Source: Anaeramoeba ignava BMAN (taxonomy: Eukaryota; Protista; Anaeramoebae). Taken from it: 64,000 nt of DNA. A model generated the notes under the pieces. The model was given only the letters and a program-made list of their open reading frames with translations, was not told where the DNA came from and ran no database searches. Of the stretch, positions 14,011 to 27,274 are shown piece after piece. The position numbers were made by a program, and so were the translations under genes. Position 1 is the stretch's first letter. Every line of letters begins with the position of its first letter. The DNA lies in the NCBI GenBank assembly GCA_028826165.1, contig JAPDFW010000102.1:62001-126000 (forward strand), given 5' to 3'.

Positions 14011-14523
14011 ATGATTTTTCCACGTTTTCTTTTATTTTTATTTTGTTTTTTTCTGTCAATGACTGCGCAAATAACAAAAGAAGATAAGTCAGCAAATGAC
14101 ATTAGCATAACAACATTGACAACATCAATATTTGCAACTACAATAGCACTCATTGTCATTTTCCAATGTGCAACACAAAGTCCACAGACATCGACAATCG
14201 GAGGAGAAACCTTTTATGAAAAAACATCAACCGCAAATACAACAGAATCACGAGTAACAAACGCGGTAAATTTACGGTATGGAAATCCTGACCAAGATTT
14301 AGGATTTGGAGCGTTAAGTTTTAATACCGGACCTCCAGCTTACAATGCAGGACCACCTGCTTATAATAATCAAGGCTATACAAATCAAGCTTACAATAAT
14401 CAATCATATGCGAATCAACAATATGGAAATCAAAATTATAATTATCCTCCTCAAAATTATGATCCAAATAATACTGGTTATTATGTTCCTAATAATCAAA
14501 ATCAAGGTTTTCAAATGAAGTAA
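14011..14523 (+). CDS. Small membrane protein with signal peptide, TM segment and Y/N/Q/P-rich tail carrying two PPAY motifs
   Basis: 170-aa ORF; hydrophobic N-terminus, TM IFATTIALIVIF, GPPAYNAGPPAY. Confidence 0.6.
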   Translation: MIFPRFLLFLFCFFLSMTAQITKEDKSANDISITTLTTSIFATTIALIVIFQCATQSPQTSTIGGETFYEKTSTANTTESRVTNAVNLRYGNPDQDLGFGALSFNTGPPAYNAGPPAYNNQGYTNQAYNNQSYANQQYGNQNYNYPPQNYDPNNTGYYVPNNQNQGFQMK

Positions 14524-14639
14524 AAGGAAAAAAAGTTTATTATGTTTTTTTTTCTTTTTCTTCATTTTTTTTTATTCATTTTCCAATTTATTTTTTTTTT
14601 CTTTTTTTAAATAAATTTCTCTTTTAAATAAAAAAAAAG

Positions 14640-15654
14640 AATAAAAACAAATTTATCTTCTTTTTTTAGAAGAAGAAAAAATGAAGATCCATTTATTATT
14701 TCATTAGAAGAAAATGAAATTGAAAGAAATTTAATTAGATATATTGAAAAAATTCCAAATCCTCAAAAAGAAATCATTTCAAAAGCAAAATTAATTTATA
14801 ATTCAATTTTGGAAAGAAAACAAAGAATTGATAACAATATAAAAATAAGAGAAAAACAAGAGGAAGAAAACAAAAGAAGAAGAGAAAAAGAAGAAATGAT
14901 TGAGAAAATGAAAATACCACTTTTGGGAAACTTAATTTTCTTATTTATAGCACTTTTTACTTTCATTATTTTAATTAATGTTTATATTGACAAACGTCTT
15001 TCATCAAATATTCTTTATTTTTTTATTCCAATTCTTTTATCAATATTTTCATTTACTCTTCTTTTCTTTATTTGGATAAAATTTTCAATGGATTTGAATA
15101 TTTTATTATCTTCAATTGGAATGATAATTTTATTTATTGAATTATTATTGATTGGATTAAGAATTGAAACAACAATCAAAGGATCTTGGTTATTGATTTT
15201 TATTCCATTTTTCATTTTTATTGGATTTATTATTATTTATTTTATTATCACAATTTCTAAAAATGATGAGTTTTATTTATTTAAAATTGGATTATTAATC
15301 ACTTCCGTTTTATTTTTGATATTTTTCATACTTCTTGGATTAAGATTGGATCAAACAATCAAATCAAATTATGGAATTATTTTTATTCCTTTATTTCTAT
15401 TTGATTTATTACTTTTTTTTGTTATGATTGTGATTCCCTCTAAATTTTTTAATTTATATACTGATGATGATCTTTTTAAATATTTTGGGTTTTTGTTTGC
15501 TTTGGCTCCAATTTTGAGTTTTGAAATAGTTCTTGTTTTATTTATTAATGGTTTATTTAGTTCATTTTTTTATGTTTTCATTCCATTTTATATCGGTTTT
15601 ATTATTGCTCTAATTGTTGTTATTGTTATTTGGTACGAAGATTCCTGGATGTGA
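14640..15654 (+). pseudogene. F-box/multi-TM array copy 1, 5'-truncated (no exon 1, no F-box)
   Basis: Starts abruptly at the ..NLSSFFRRRKNEDPFIISLEENEIE segment shared with copies 2/3/5. TM domain intact. Confidence 0.65.
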
Positions 15655-15819
15655 TCGTTTTTGTGATACTTTTTGTGATTGAATTGATAGACGAAGATTG
15701 AGGAATTTAAATAATTAATTTTTTTGCTTTTTTTTATTCTCTTTTTCAAAAATAAAAAAAGCAACAAAAAAAAGCAAATTTATTTTTTCATTTTTTTCTT
15801 TTCATTTTTAAATTTAAAA

Positions 15820-17432
15820 ATGAATATTTTTGAAACAACAAATTATAAATCAAAACAAGCAATAAAAATTGGAAGAGAACATTTAAATGAATTAAAAAGA
15901 GGAGAATATTGTGAATTTGCAGAACATTTAAAATTACCACCTAAAGAAGAAAATTTAATACTTGAAATGCTTCCAGAAGATAGTAAATTAAAAATAAAAA
16001 TTCTTAATTCTTAATTCTTAATTCTTGATTCTTAATTCAAATTCCCTTTTTAATTAAAAATAATAAAAAAGTTTTTCTTTATATTTTCAAATATTTATCA
16101 CCTGGTGATTTAATAAGAGTTGCTTCAACTTGTACAACATTAAATGAATTATCTCAAGATATAAATACTTGGAGAATTATTACTTATAATTATAATCAAT
16201 TTTTAATTTTAAAAGAAATTGAATTTGAAAAAAGAGATAATGTTTATCAAGAAAATGAAATTCCAATTTATGGAATAATTGAAAAACTTAAATCATTAAC
16301 TAATAATAATATTGATAATGAATTTATTACTGATTCTGGATTTATAACTGAATTTATTACTGATTCTGAATTTGATAAAAAATCAAATCTTATTAATCTA
16401 AATCCAAAACAAAAACTAAGTGAAACAAAACCAAATTTATCTTCTTTTTTTAGAAGAAGAAGAAATGAAGATCCATTTATTATTTCATTAGAAGAAAATG
16501 AAATTGAAAGAAATTTAATTGAATATATTGAAAAAATTCCAAATCCTCAAAAAGAAATCATTTCAAAAGCAAAATTAATTTATAATTCAATTTTGGAAAG
16601 AAAACAACAAATTGATAAGAATATAAAAATAAGAAGAAAACAAGAAAGAAGAAGAAAACAAAAAGAAGCGAGAAGACAATTTCTCAAACAATATAAACAC
16701 CAACTATTATCACTTTTATTTTTTTTATTAATCACAATTTTTGTTTCCATTATTCTAATTAATGTTTATATTGACAATAATCTTTCATCAAATATTCTTT
16801 ATTTTTTCATTCCACTTTTTATATCAATTTTGATTACTGCCTCTTTTTTCTTTTATTTGTACAAAGTTTTACAAGATTCCGAAATTTTAATATATGAAAC
16901 TGGAATGATAATTTTATTTATTGAATTATTATTGATTGGATTAAGAATTGAAACAACAATCAAAGGATCTTGGTTATTGATTTTTATTCCATTTTTCATT
17001 TTTATTGGATTTATTATCATATACTATATCAACTTGATTTTGAAAAAAAATGATTTATTCTATAAATTATTATTATTATCAATTTTCGTTTTATTTTTGA
17101 TATTTTTGATACTTCTTGGATTAAGATTAGATGAAACAATCAAATCAAATTATGGAATTATTTTTATTCCTTTTTTTCTGATCAATTTAGTTACTTTTAT
17201 AATATTATTTTATCTGATTTATGGGAAATATAAAAGGATAATGATTTTTATAATTTTAGCTGGAATTTTGTTATTTGAAATACTTCTTGTTTTGTTTATT
17301 GAAGGTTCAATTAGTCGAATTACTTATGTTTTTATTCCACTTTACTACTTTTTGGTTTTTAACTTTCTTTTCTGTTTTTTTGTTTTGTTTTTAATTTTTA
17401 ATGTGCTTCCCTTTGTTTGTTTTGAAAAATAA
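15820..17432 (+). CDS. F-box + coiled coil + multi-pass TM (Tmemb_185A-like) protein, copy 2
   Basis: Exon 1 ..LILEMLPED, phase-1 intron, exon 2 FLYIFKYLSPGDLIRVASTCTTLNELSQDINTWR. TM repeats KGSWLLIFIPF and NYGIIFIPF. Confidence 0.8.
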
Positions 17433-17570
17433 AATTTTTTCATTCAATAATTCAAATTTTAATTCAAAATTTAATTAAAATTAAAAATTTTTTAAAAAGT
17501 TCCAAAAACATTTTTTAAAACAAAAAGCAAAAATTTTTCATTTTTCATTTTTCATTTTTTTTTTTTAAAA

Positions 17571-19237
17571 ATGAATATTTTTCAAACAATAAATTATAAA
17601 TCAAAACAAGCAATAAAAATTGGAAAGAAACATTTAAATGAATTAAAAAGAGGAGAATATTGTGAATTTGCAGAATATTTAAAATTACCACCTGAAGAAG
17701 AAAATTTAATACTTGAAATGCTTCCAGAAGAAGGTTTTTATTTTAAATTAAAAAAAAAATTCTTAATTCAAATTCCCTTTTATTAATTAAAAATAAATAT
17801 AAAAAAGTTTTTCTTTATATTTTCAAATATTTATCACCTGGTGATTTAATAAGAGTTGCTTCAACTTGTACAACATTAAATGAATTATCTCAAGATACAA
17901 ATGCTTGGAGAATTATTACTTATAATTATAATCAATTTTTAATTTTAAAAGAAATTGAATTTGAAAAAAGAGATAATGTTTATCAAGAAAATGAAATTCC
18001 AATTTATGGAATAATTGAAAAACTTGAATCATTATTAATAACAATATGATAATGAATGATGAATCAAATCTTATTTCATCTGAATTTGATAAAAATCAAA
18101 TCTTATTCATCCAAAACAAAAACTAAGTGAAACAAAACCAAATTTATCTTCTTTTTTTAGAAGAAGAAGAAATGAAGATCCATTTATTATTTCATTAGAA
18201 GAAAATGAAATTGAAAGAAATTTAATTGAATATATTGAAAAAATTCCAAATCCTCAAAAAGAAATCATTTCAAAAGCAAAATTAATTTATAATGCAATTT
18301 TGAAAAACAAAAAAACAACAAATTGAAAATAATACAACAAATTGATAACAATATAAAAATAAGAGAAAAAGAAAAAAAAAAAGAAATGAAGAAGAAAAAA
18401 GAAGGAAATTTCTCAAACAATTTAAAGGAAGATTATTTCTATTTTTATTGTTGTTATTTGCCATAATTACTATTTTCATTATTCTAATTAATGTTTATAT
18501 TGACACTAATCTTTCATCAAATATTCTTTATTTTTTCATTCCACTTTTTATATCAATTTTGATTACTATTCCTTTTTTATTTTATTTGTTCAAATTTTTA
18601 CAAGATTTCAAATTTTCAATTTATGGAATTGGAACAGCAATTTTATTTATTGAAGTATTATTGATTGGATTAAGAATTGAAACAACAATCAAAGGATCTT
18701 GGTTATTGATTTTTATTCCATTTTTCATTTTGGTTGGATTTATTATCATATACTATATCATCTTGATTTTGAAAAAAAATGATTTATTCTATAAATTATT
18801 AGTATTATTATCAATTTTCGTTTTATTTTTGATATTTTTGATACTTCTTGGATTAAGATTAGATGAAACAATCAAATCAAATTATGGAATTATTTTTATT
18901 CCTTTATTTTTGATCAATTTAGTTACTTTTATAATATTATTTTATCTGATTTATCGGGAACCTAAGGATGAAGATGATGCATATTTATTTGATGGTTTGT
19001 TTTGTTTTTATTTTTATAATTTTACTTGTAATTTTGTTATTTGAAATACTTCTTGTTTTGTTTATTGAAGGTTCAATTAATCGAATTAGTTATGCTTTTA
19101 TTCCAATTTACGCTCTTTCTGGTTTGTTAATGTGCTTCCTATTTTGTTGGAATTTATGTTTCTTTTTGTTTGATTTTTTTTGTTGGATATGCATTGGTGG
19201 TTTGAATTTAATTCAAAAATTTAATTCAAAAATTTAA
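17571..19237 (+). CDS. F-box/multi-TM copy 3 (frameshifted)
   Basis: Same exon structure; frame breaks in A/T runs. Confidence 0.7.
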
Positions 19238-19325
19238 TTCAAAAATTTAATTAAAAATTTTTCCAAAACATTTTTTTATTAAAAAGCAAAAATTTAATTT
19301 TTCAAAATTTTTCATTATTTAAAAA

Positions 19326-20790
19326 ATGGAAAAGTTTAAAATAATAAATTATAATTCAAAACCAGCAATAAAAATTGGAAAAGAACATTTAAATGAATTA
19401 AAAAAAGGAGAATATTGTGAATTTGCAGAATATTTAAAATTAGCACCAGAAGAAGAAAATTTAATACTTGAAATGCTTCCAGAAGAAGGTATTTTTTAAT
19501 CTAAAATAAAAATTTAAAATAAAAATTCTTATTCCCCTTTTTTATTAAAAATAAATAAAGTTTTGCTTTATATTTTCCAATTTTTATCTCCTGGTGATTT
19601 AATAAGAGTTGCTTCAACTTGCCAAACATTAAATGAATTATCTGAAGATACAAATACTTGGAGAAATATCTCTTATAATTATAACCAATTCTTCCTTTTA
19701 AATAAAGTTGAAGTCCAAAGAAGACCTTATCGTTATCAAGAAAATCAAATCCCAATTTATGGAATAATTAAAGAAACTCAATTACTAACTGATAACATTG
19801 ATGCTTTGTCATAATGATGATAATGATAAAAATTCAAATCTTATTCATCCCAAAAACTTAAAAACAAAATCAAATTTAACCGCCTTTTTTAGAAGAAGAA
19901 GTCAAAAACAAATTATTTGAATACATTGAAAAAATCCCGAATCCAAAAGAAGAATTAATTTCAAAAGCAAATCTAATTTATAATGGAATAAAAGAAAGAA
20001 AAGAAGAACTTGAAAAGAATTTGAAAAAAAGAGAAGAAGATGTTAAAAAATGGAGAAAAATTGATCGAGTTGAAACTTCTTCAGTTGCAAATTTGATATT
20101 TTTAGCGTTATTGCTTTCTTACTGAATGTCCATATTGACAAAAAACAATCATCAAATGTTATTTATGTTTTCATTCCATTTCTTTTACCAGTTTTTATAT
20201 TCATTATTCTTTTCTTTATTTTGTATAAATATAAATCTCAATTTGAATTTTCAATTTATGGATTTGCAATGTTAATATTATTTATTCAATTGTTACTGAT
20301 TGGATTAAGATCTGATTCAACAATAAAAGGGTCTTGGCTGCTGATTTTTCTTCCATTTTTGATTTTCTTTGTGGTTCTTATAATTGGATCAATTATTTTA
20401 TATCAGAAAGAAAATGCTGATTGCATAGCTACAACACCAATAACTATTTTTATTATGATTTTGTTGTTTTTAATATTTCTTGGATTGAGATTGGATGAAA
20501 AAGTCACATGGAATTATGGAATTGTTTTTATTCCGTTATTTTTCATTAATTTATTTTTTATAATTTTATTTTATCTTTGGATCTTTTGTGAAGATGATGT
20601 ATCTGGAATTTTTTTTTTTTTTTTCTTTTTTTGTTTATTGAAGTTTTCCATTTCACTTTTTATTTGAAATATTTCTTGTTTTATTTCTTGAAGGCAATTC
20701 AAAATTTAATTATATAGCTTATGCTTTTATTCCGCTTTATATTTATTTAGGTTTTTTTTTTTTTTTTTTTGTTGAAATCTTTTTTTAATG
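19326..20790 (+). pseudogene. F-box/multi-TM copy 4 (several frameshifts/deletions)
   Basis: F-box LPEEVLLYIFQFLSPGDLIRVASTC; fragmented TM ORFs. Confidence 0.65.
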
Positions 20791-20892
20791 CTTTCAAATT
20801 TAATTCAAATTTTAATTAAAAATTTAATTAAAAAACAAAAAATTTTTTTTTCATTTTTAAATTCTTTTTTCTTTTCTTTTTTAAATTTAAAA

Positions 20893-22420
20893 ATGAATAT
20901 TTTTGAAACAATAAATTATAAATCAAAACAAGTAATAAAAATTGGAAAAGAACATTTAAATGAATTAAAAAGAGGAGAATATTGTGAATTTGCAGAATAT
21001 TTAAAATTATCACCTTTAAAAGAAAATTTAATACTTGAAATGCTTCCAGAAGAAGGTATTTTTTAAATTTAAAATAAAAATTAATTTCTCTTTTTTTATA
21101 ATAAAAAAAGTTTTGCTTTATATTTTCCAATATTTATCACCTGGTGATTTAATAAGAGTTGCTTCAACTTGTACAACATTAAATGAATTATCTCAAGATA
21201 TAAATACTTGGAGAATTATTACTTATAATTATAATCAATTTTTAATTTTAAAAGAAATTGAATTTGAAAAAGAAATTATGTTTATCAAGAAAATCAAATT
21301 CCAATTTATGGAATAATTGAAAAACTTAAATCATTAACTAATAACAATATTGATAATGAATGACTGAAATTATTGATTCTGTTACTGATTCTGAATTTAT
21401 TAAAATTCTTGATAAATAAAAAATCAAATCTTATTCATCCAAAACAAAAACTAAGTGAAACAAAACCAAATTTATCTTCTTTTTTTAGAAGAAGAAGAAA
21501 TGAAGATCCATTTATTATTTCATTAGAAGAAAATGAAATTGAAAGGAATTTAATTGAATACATTGAAAAAATCCCAAATCCTCAAAAAGAAATCATTTCA
21601 AAAGCAAAATTAATTTATAATGCAATTTTGCAAAGAAAACAACAAGTTGATAACAATATAAAAAGAAGAAAGAAGAGGAAATAAGAAGAATGGAAGAAGA
21701 AGAAAAACAGAAAATAAGAAAAGAACAAGAAAAAGAAAAAATTACTCAAACAATTTAAAGAAAGATTATTTCCATTTTTATTTTTGTTATTTGCCATAAT
21801 TACTACTTTCATTATTCTGATTAATGTTTATATTGACAATAATCTTTCATCAAATATTCTTTATTTTTTCATTCCACTTTTTATAGCAATTTTGATTACT
21901 ATTCCTTTTTTATTTTATTTGTTCAAATTTTTACAAGATTCCAAATTTTCAATTTATGGAATTGGAACAGCAATTTTATTTATTGAAGTATTATTGATTG
22001 GATTAAGAATTGAAACAACAATCAAAGGATCTTGGTTATTGATTTTTATTCCATTTTTCATTTTTATTGGATTTATTATCATATACTATATCAACTTGAT
22101 TTTGAAAAAAAATGATTTATTCTATAAATTATTATTATTATTATCAATTTTCGTTTTATTTTTGATATTTTTGATACTTCTTGGATTAAGATTAGATGAA
22201 ACAATCAAATGGAATTATGGAATTATTTTTATTCCTTTTTTTCTGATCAATTTAGTTCCCCTTGTTTATAACTGGCTATTATTTTTGGTTTGTTTTTTAT
22301 ATTTCCATTGGAATTTTGTTATTTGAAATTCTTCTTGTTTTGTTTCTTGAAGGTTCAAAATTTAATTCCCTTTTGTGTGGGTTTTTTAACTGATATCCCT
22401 GTTTGTTTTGAAAAATGAAA
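20893..22420 (+). pseudogene. F-box/multi-TM copy 5 (frameshifts, shortened 3' end)
   Basis: Near-identical to copies 2/3; broken reading frame. Confidence 0.65.
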
Positions 22421-22551
22421 TCTTTATTCAATAACAATTCAAATTTCAAATTTTTCAAAATTTAAAATTTTAAAAATTTTTTAATTCAAAAATTTCAAAA
22501 CATTTTTTCATTTTTTTCTTTTTCATTTTTTTCATTTCAAAAAAATAAAAA

Positions 22552-24125
22552 ATGGAATCATTTCAAATAACAAATTATAAATCAAAAAAAGCAATAAAAA
22601 TAGGAAGAGAGCATTTAAATGAATTAAAAAGAGGAGAATATTGTGAATTTGGAGAATCTTTAAAGTTGCTTCCTTTAGAAGAAAATTTAATACTTGAAAT
22701 GCTTCCAGAAGAAAGTAAATTAAAAAATTTAAAATAAAAATTTATAATTCAAATTCCCTTTTCAATTTAAAATTTTAAATGAAAAAAGTTTTGCTTTATA
22801 TTTTCCAATTTTTATCACCTGGTGATTTAATAAGAATTGCTTCAACTTGCACAACTTTAAATGAATTATCTGAAGATAAAAATACTTGGAGAAATATTTC
22901 TTATAATTATAATCAATTTTTTATTTTTGATAAAGTTCAAGTTCAACAAAGAGATTATGTTTATCAAGAATATCAAATCCCAATTTATGGAATAATTGAA
23001 AAAACTCAAATTACCAAATGATAATATTGATTCAAATAAACTCAAAAAAACCAAATCAAATTTAACAGGTTTTTTTAGAAGAAGAAATCAAAAATGAAAA
23101 TCAAAAAAAATGAAAATGAACTTAGATCCATTTAAAATTTATTTGATCAAAATGAAATCAAAAATAAATTAATTGAATACATTGAAAAAGTTCCAAATCC
23201 AAAAGAAGAATTAATTTCAAAAGCTAATCTAATTTATAATGGAATAAAAGAAAGAAAAAAGCAAATTGAAGAAAATTCTAAAAGAAGGAAAGAAAATGAT
23301 AAAAAATAAAAAAGAAAAAAAAGAAGAACTGAAAATTTTTTATTTGGAAATTTAGTATTTTTAGCTTTTGGACTTACTTCTTTTCTGATTGCACTTAATA
23401 TTTATATTGACAAAAAACTATCTTCAAATATCATTTATGTTTTCATTCCATTTATTTTACCAGTATTTATATTAATTATTCTTTTCTTTCTTTTGTCTAA
23501 ATATAAATCTGAAGTTGAATTTTCAATTTATGGAATTGGGATGGCAATTTTATTTATTCAATTATTACTGATTGGATTAAGATCTGGTTCAATAATCAAA
23601 GGATCTTGGTTGTTGATTTTTATTCCATTTTTCATTTTGATTGCAATTATTATCATTGGATTTATTATATTTTTTATGAAAGAACATTTTAATTGCATAT
23701 TAAATACATTATTATTATTATCAATTAATTTTTTTTTATATTTTCTTATTTTTAATACTTCTTGGATTAAGATTGGATGATAAAGTCAAATGGAATTATG
23801 AAATTGTTTTTATTCCTTTTTTTATCAATTTTTTTTTTTTTTGGATCATTTTTCTTTGATTTATAAAGAACTAAGGATGAAATGATATGTTTATCATTTT
23901 TTTAATTTTTTATTTTTTCTTTTTTTTTTTTATTTGAATCGTTTCTTCTTGTTTTTTTTATTTGAAATTCAATTATTTTTTTCTTTATTGAAGTTCCAAA
24001 AAAATTTTGGTTTGTTTATAACTTATGCTTTTATTCCACTTTATATTTATTTGTGTTTCCTATTATTTTATGGTTCTGTTTTTGTTTGTGTTTATATTTT
24101 AAAGGATTTGATTAAATTTTTTTAA
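22552..24125 (+). pseudogene. F-box/multi-TM copy 6 (frameshifts)
   Basis: F-box and TM motifs spread over several frames. Confidence 0.65.
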
Positions 24126-24196
24126 TTTTTTTATTTTTTAAATTAAACAAAAAAATTCAAAAATTTTTCATTTTTTATTTTACATTTTTTTCATAA

Positions 24197-25705
24197 ATGG
24201 AATTATTCCAAATAATAAATTACAATTCAAATCCAGCAATAAAAATTGAAAGAGAACATTTAAATGAATTAAAAAAAGGAAAATATTGCGAATTTGCAGA
24301 ATATTTAAAATTAGCTCCAGAAAAAGAAAATTTAATAATTGAAATGCTTCCAGAAGAAAGTAAATTTAAAATAAAAAATTTATAATTCAAATTCTCTTTT
24401 TAATTAATTTAAATTAAAAAAAAAGTTTTGCTTTATATTTTCCAATTTTTATCACCTGGTGATTTAATAAGAATTGCTTTAACTTGTCAAACTTTAAATG
24501 AATTATCTCAAGATAAAAATACTTGGAGAAATGTTTCTTATAATTATAATAAATTTTTATTTTAAATAAAGTCGAATTTGAAAAAAGAATTTATTTTTAT
24601 CAAGAAAATCAAATCCCAATTTATGGAATAATTGAAGAAACTGAATTATCAAATGATAATATTGATTCAAAAAAACTTAAAAAAACAAAATCAAAATTAT
24701 CTTCTTTTTTTAAAAGAAGAAATGAAAATGAAAATGAAAATGAAAATGAAAATGAACTTGAAAATTTATTTGATCAAAATGAAACAAAAGAAAAATTAAT
24801 TGAATACATTGAAAAAGTCCCAAATCCAAAAGAAGAATTAATTTCAAAAGGAAAATTAATTTATAATGGAATAAAAGAAAGAAAAAAACAAATTGAAAAG
24901 AATTTGAAAAGAAAAGAAAAAGATATAAAAAATAGAAGAAAAATTCAACAAATTGTGAAGATTTCATATAGAAATTTACTATTTTTATTGATCGGATTTA
25001 TTGCATTCCTGATTGCACTTAATGTTCATATTGAAAAAAAACTATCATCAAATACTATTTATGTTTTCATTCCAATTCTTTTACCAATATTTATATTCAT
25101 TATTCTTTTCTTTCTTTTGTCTAAATTTGAAAAAGATTTTAATTTTTCAATTTTTGGATTTATAATGACAATCTTATTTATTCAATTATTTTTGATTGGA
25201 TTAAGATCTGATTCAACAATCAAAGGATCTTGGTTAGTGATTTTTATTCCATTTTTCATTTTGATTGGAATCTTTACAGAATCAATAAATACATTTCCCA
25301 TTAATTACTTTTATTATGATATTCTTGTTTTTGATATTTCTTGGATTAAGATTGGATGAAAAAAACAAATGGAATTATGGAATTGTTTTTATTCCTCTAT
25401 TTGTGACTAATTTATTTTCTTGTTGGATCAGTTGTTCTATTTCTAATAGCTTTTTTGATTTTTTTGTGATCATAATTTCAATTCCAATTTTACTATTTGA
25501 AGTACTTATTGTGTTATTTCTTCAAGGAAGTTCAAGCTTAAATCACATAACTTATGCTTTTATTCCAATTTATATTATTTTTAGTGGTTTATCTATTTTT
25601 GGTTTTTCTAAAGATATTTCATTGATTATTTTTTTATTCTCCATTTTAACACAAAAAAAATTTTTTCTTTCATTTTTTTCATTTTTTTCATTTTTTTCAT
25701 TTTAA
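24197..25705 (+). CDS. F-box/multi-TM copy 7 (frameshifts, internal TM deletion)
   Basis: Same motifs; relative to copy 8 it lacks part of a TM helix near 25270. Confidence 0.65.
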
Positions 25706-25714
25706 ATAAAATAA

Positions 25715-27220
25715 ATGGAATCATTTCAAATAATAAATTATAAATCAAATCCAGCAATAAAAATTGAAAGAGAACATTTAAATCAATTAAAAAAAGGAAG
25801 TTATTGTGAATTTGGAGAATCTTTAAAATTAATTCCAAAAGAAGAAAATTTAATAATTGAAATGCTTCCAGAAGAAAGTAAATTAAAAAATAAATAAAAA
25901 TTCTCAATTTAAATCTTAAATTAAATCTTTTAAAAAGTTTTGCTTTATATTTTCCAATTTTTATCACCTGGAGAATTAATAAGAATTGCTTCAACTTGTA
26001 AAACTTTCAATCAATTATCTGAAGATAAAAATACTTGGAGAAATATTTCTTATAATTATAATCAGTTTTTTATTTTTGATCAAATTGAACTTGAAAAAAA
26101 TAATTATGTTTATCAAGAAGATCAAATTCCAATTTATGGAACAATTAAAGAAAATCAACCAAAAAATGAAAATCAAAATGAAAATGAAAATTCATCTTTT
26201 GTTGATTCAAAAACAAAATCAAGTTTGAAAGCTCTTTTATTAAGAAGAGATCAAAATCAAAATCAAATTGAAAATGATGAAGATATATTATTTGAAAATG
26301 AAATCAAAAATAATCTAATCGAACACATTGAAAAAACATCAAATCCAAAACAAGAATTAGTTTCAAAAGCAAATTTGGTTTATAATGGAATGAAAAAAAG
26401 AAAAGAATTAATTGATGAAAATTTGAAAAGAAAAGAAGAAAATGATAAAAAAGCCAAGAAAATCCAAAAAATTGATAAAGTCTCGTTTGTAAATTTGCTA
26501 TTTTTATTGATAGGATTTATTGCATTCCTGATTGCACTTAATGTTCATATTGAAAAAAAACTTTCATCAAATACTATTTATGTTTTCATTCCAATTCTTT
26601 TACCAATATTGATATTCATTATTCTTTTTTTTTATTTGTCAAAAATTGAAACATATTTATTTTCAATATATGGAATTGGAATGATAATGTTATTTATTCA
26701 ATTATTACTGATTGGATTAAGATCTGATTCAACAATCAAAGGATCTTGGTTATTGATTTTTATTCCATTTTTCATTTTGATTGGAATCTTGATTATTATG
26801 TTGATTGTTTTTTATTTTATTGAAGATCATAAGTTCATAAATACATTTCCATCATTTAATTTTATTATGATATTCTTGTTTTTGATATTTCTTGGATTAA
26901 GATTGGATGATGAAATCAAATGGAATTATGGAATTGTTTTTATTCCTCTATTTTTGATTAATTTATTCCCTTTTTGGATCAGTACTTCTTTTTTGGGTGG
27001 ATTAACACTTGATGAACATGGAGAATTCATTTTTGGTGCTTTTTTGTTCCTTTTCTCCTTAATTTCAATTCCAATTTTAATAATTGAAACATTTATTGTT
27101 TTGTTTCTTGAAGTTCCAAAATTTAATAATATAACTTATGCTTTTATTCCACTTTATCTTTTTTTAGGTTTATTATTATGTTTTTTATCTATTTTAGGTT
27201 TTTTTAAAATATTTCGTTGA
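25715..27220 (+). CDS. F-box/multi-TM copy 8 (intact)
   Basis: Exon 1 plus an uninterrupted 426-aa exon-2 ORF. F-box LIIEMLPEE-ILLYIFQFLSPGELIRIASTCKTFNQLSEDKNTWR. Confidence 0.85.
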
Positions 27221-27274
27221 GAAAAAAATTTTTTTTTTTTATTTTTATTTTTTATTTTCTCATTTTTTAAAAAA

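Noticed and set aside
17571-24125. Programmed frameshifting or an alternative genetic code in F-box copies
   Set aside because: Breaks fall mostly in A/T homopolymers and differ between copies. Intact genes end in TAA/TGA/TAG normally. Errors or pseudogenisation are simpler explanations.
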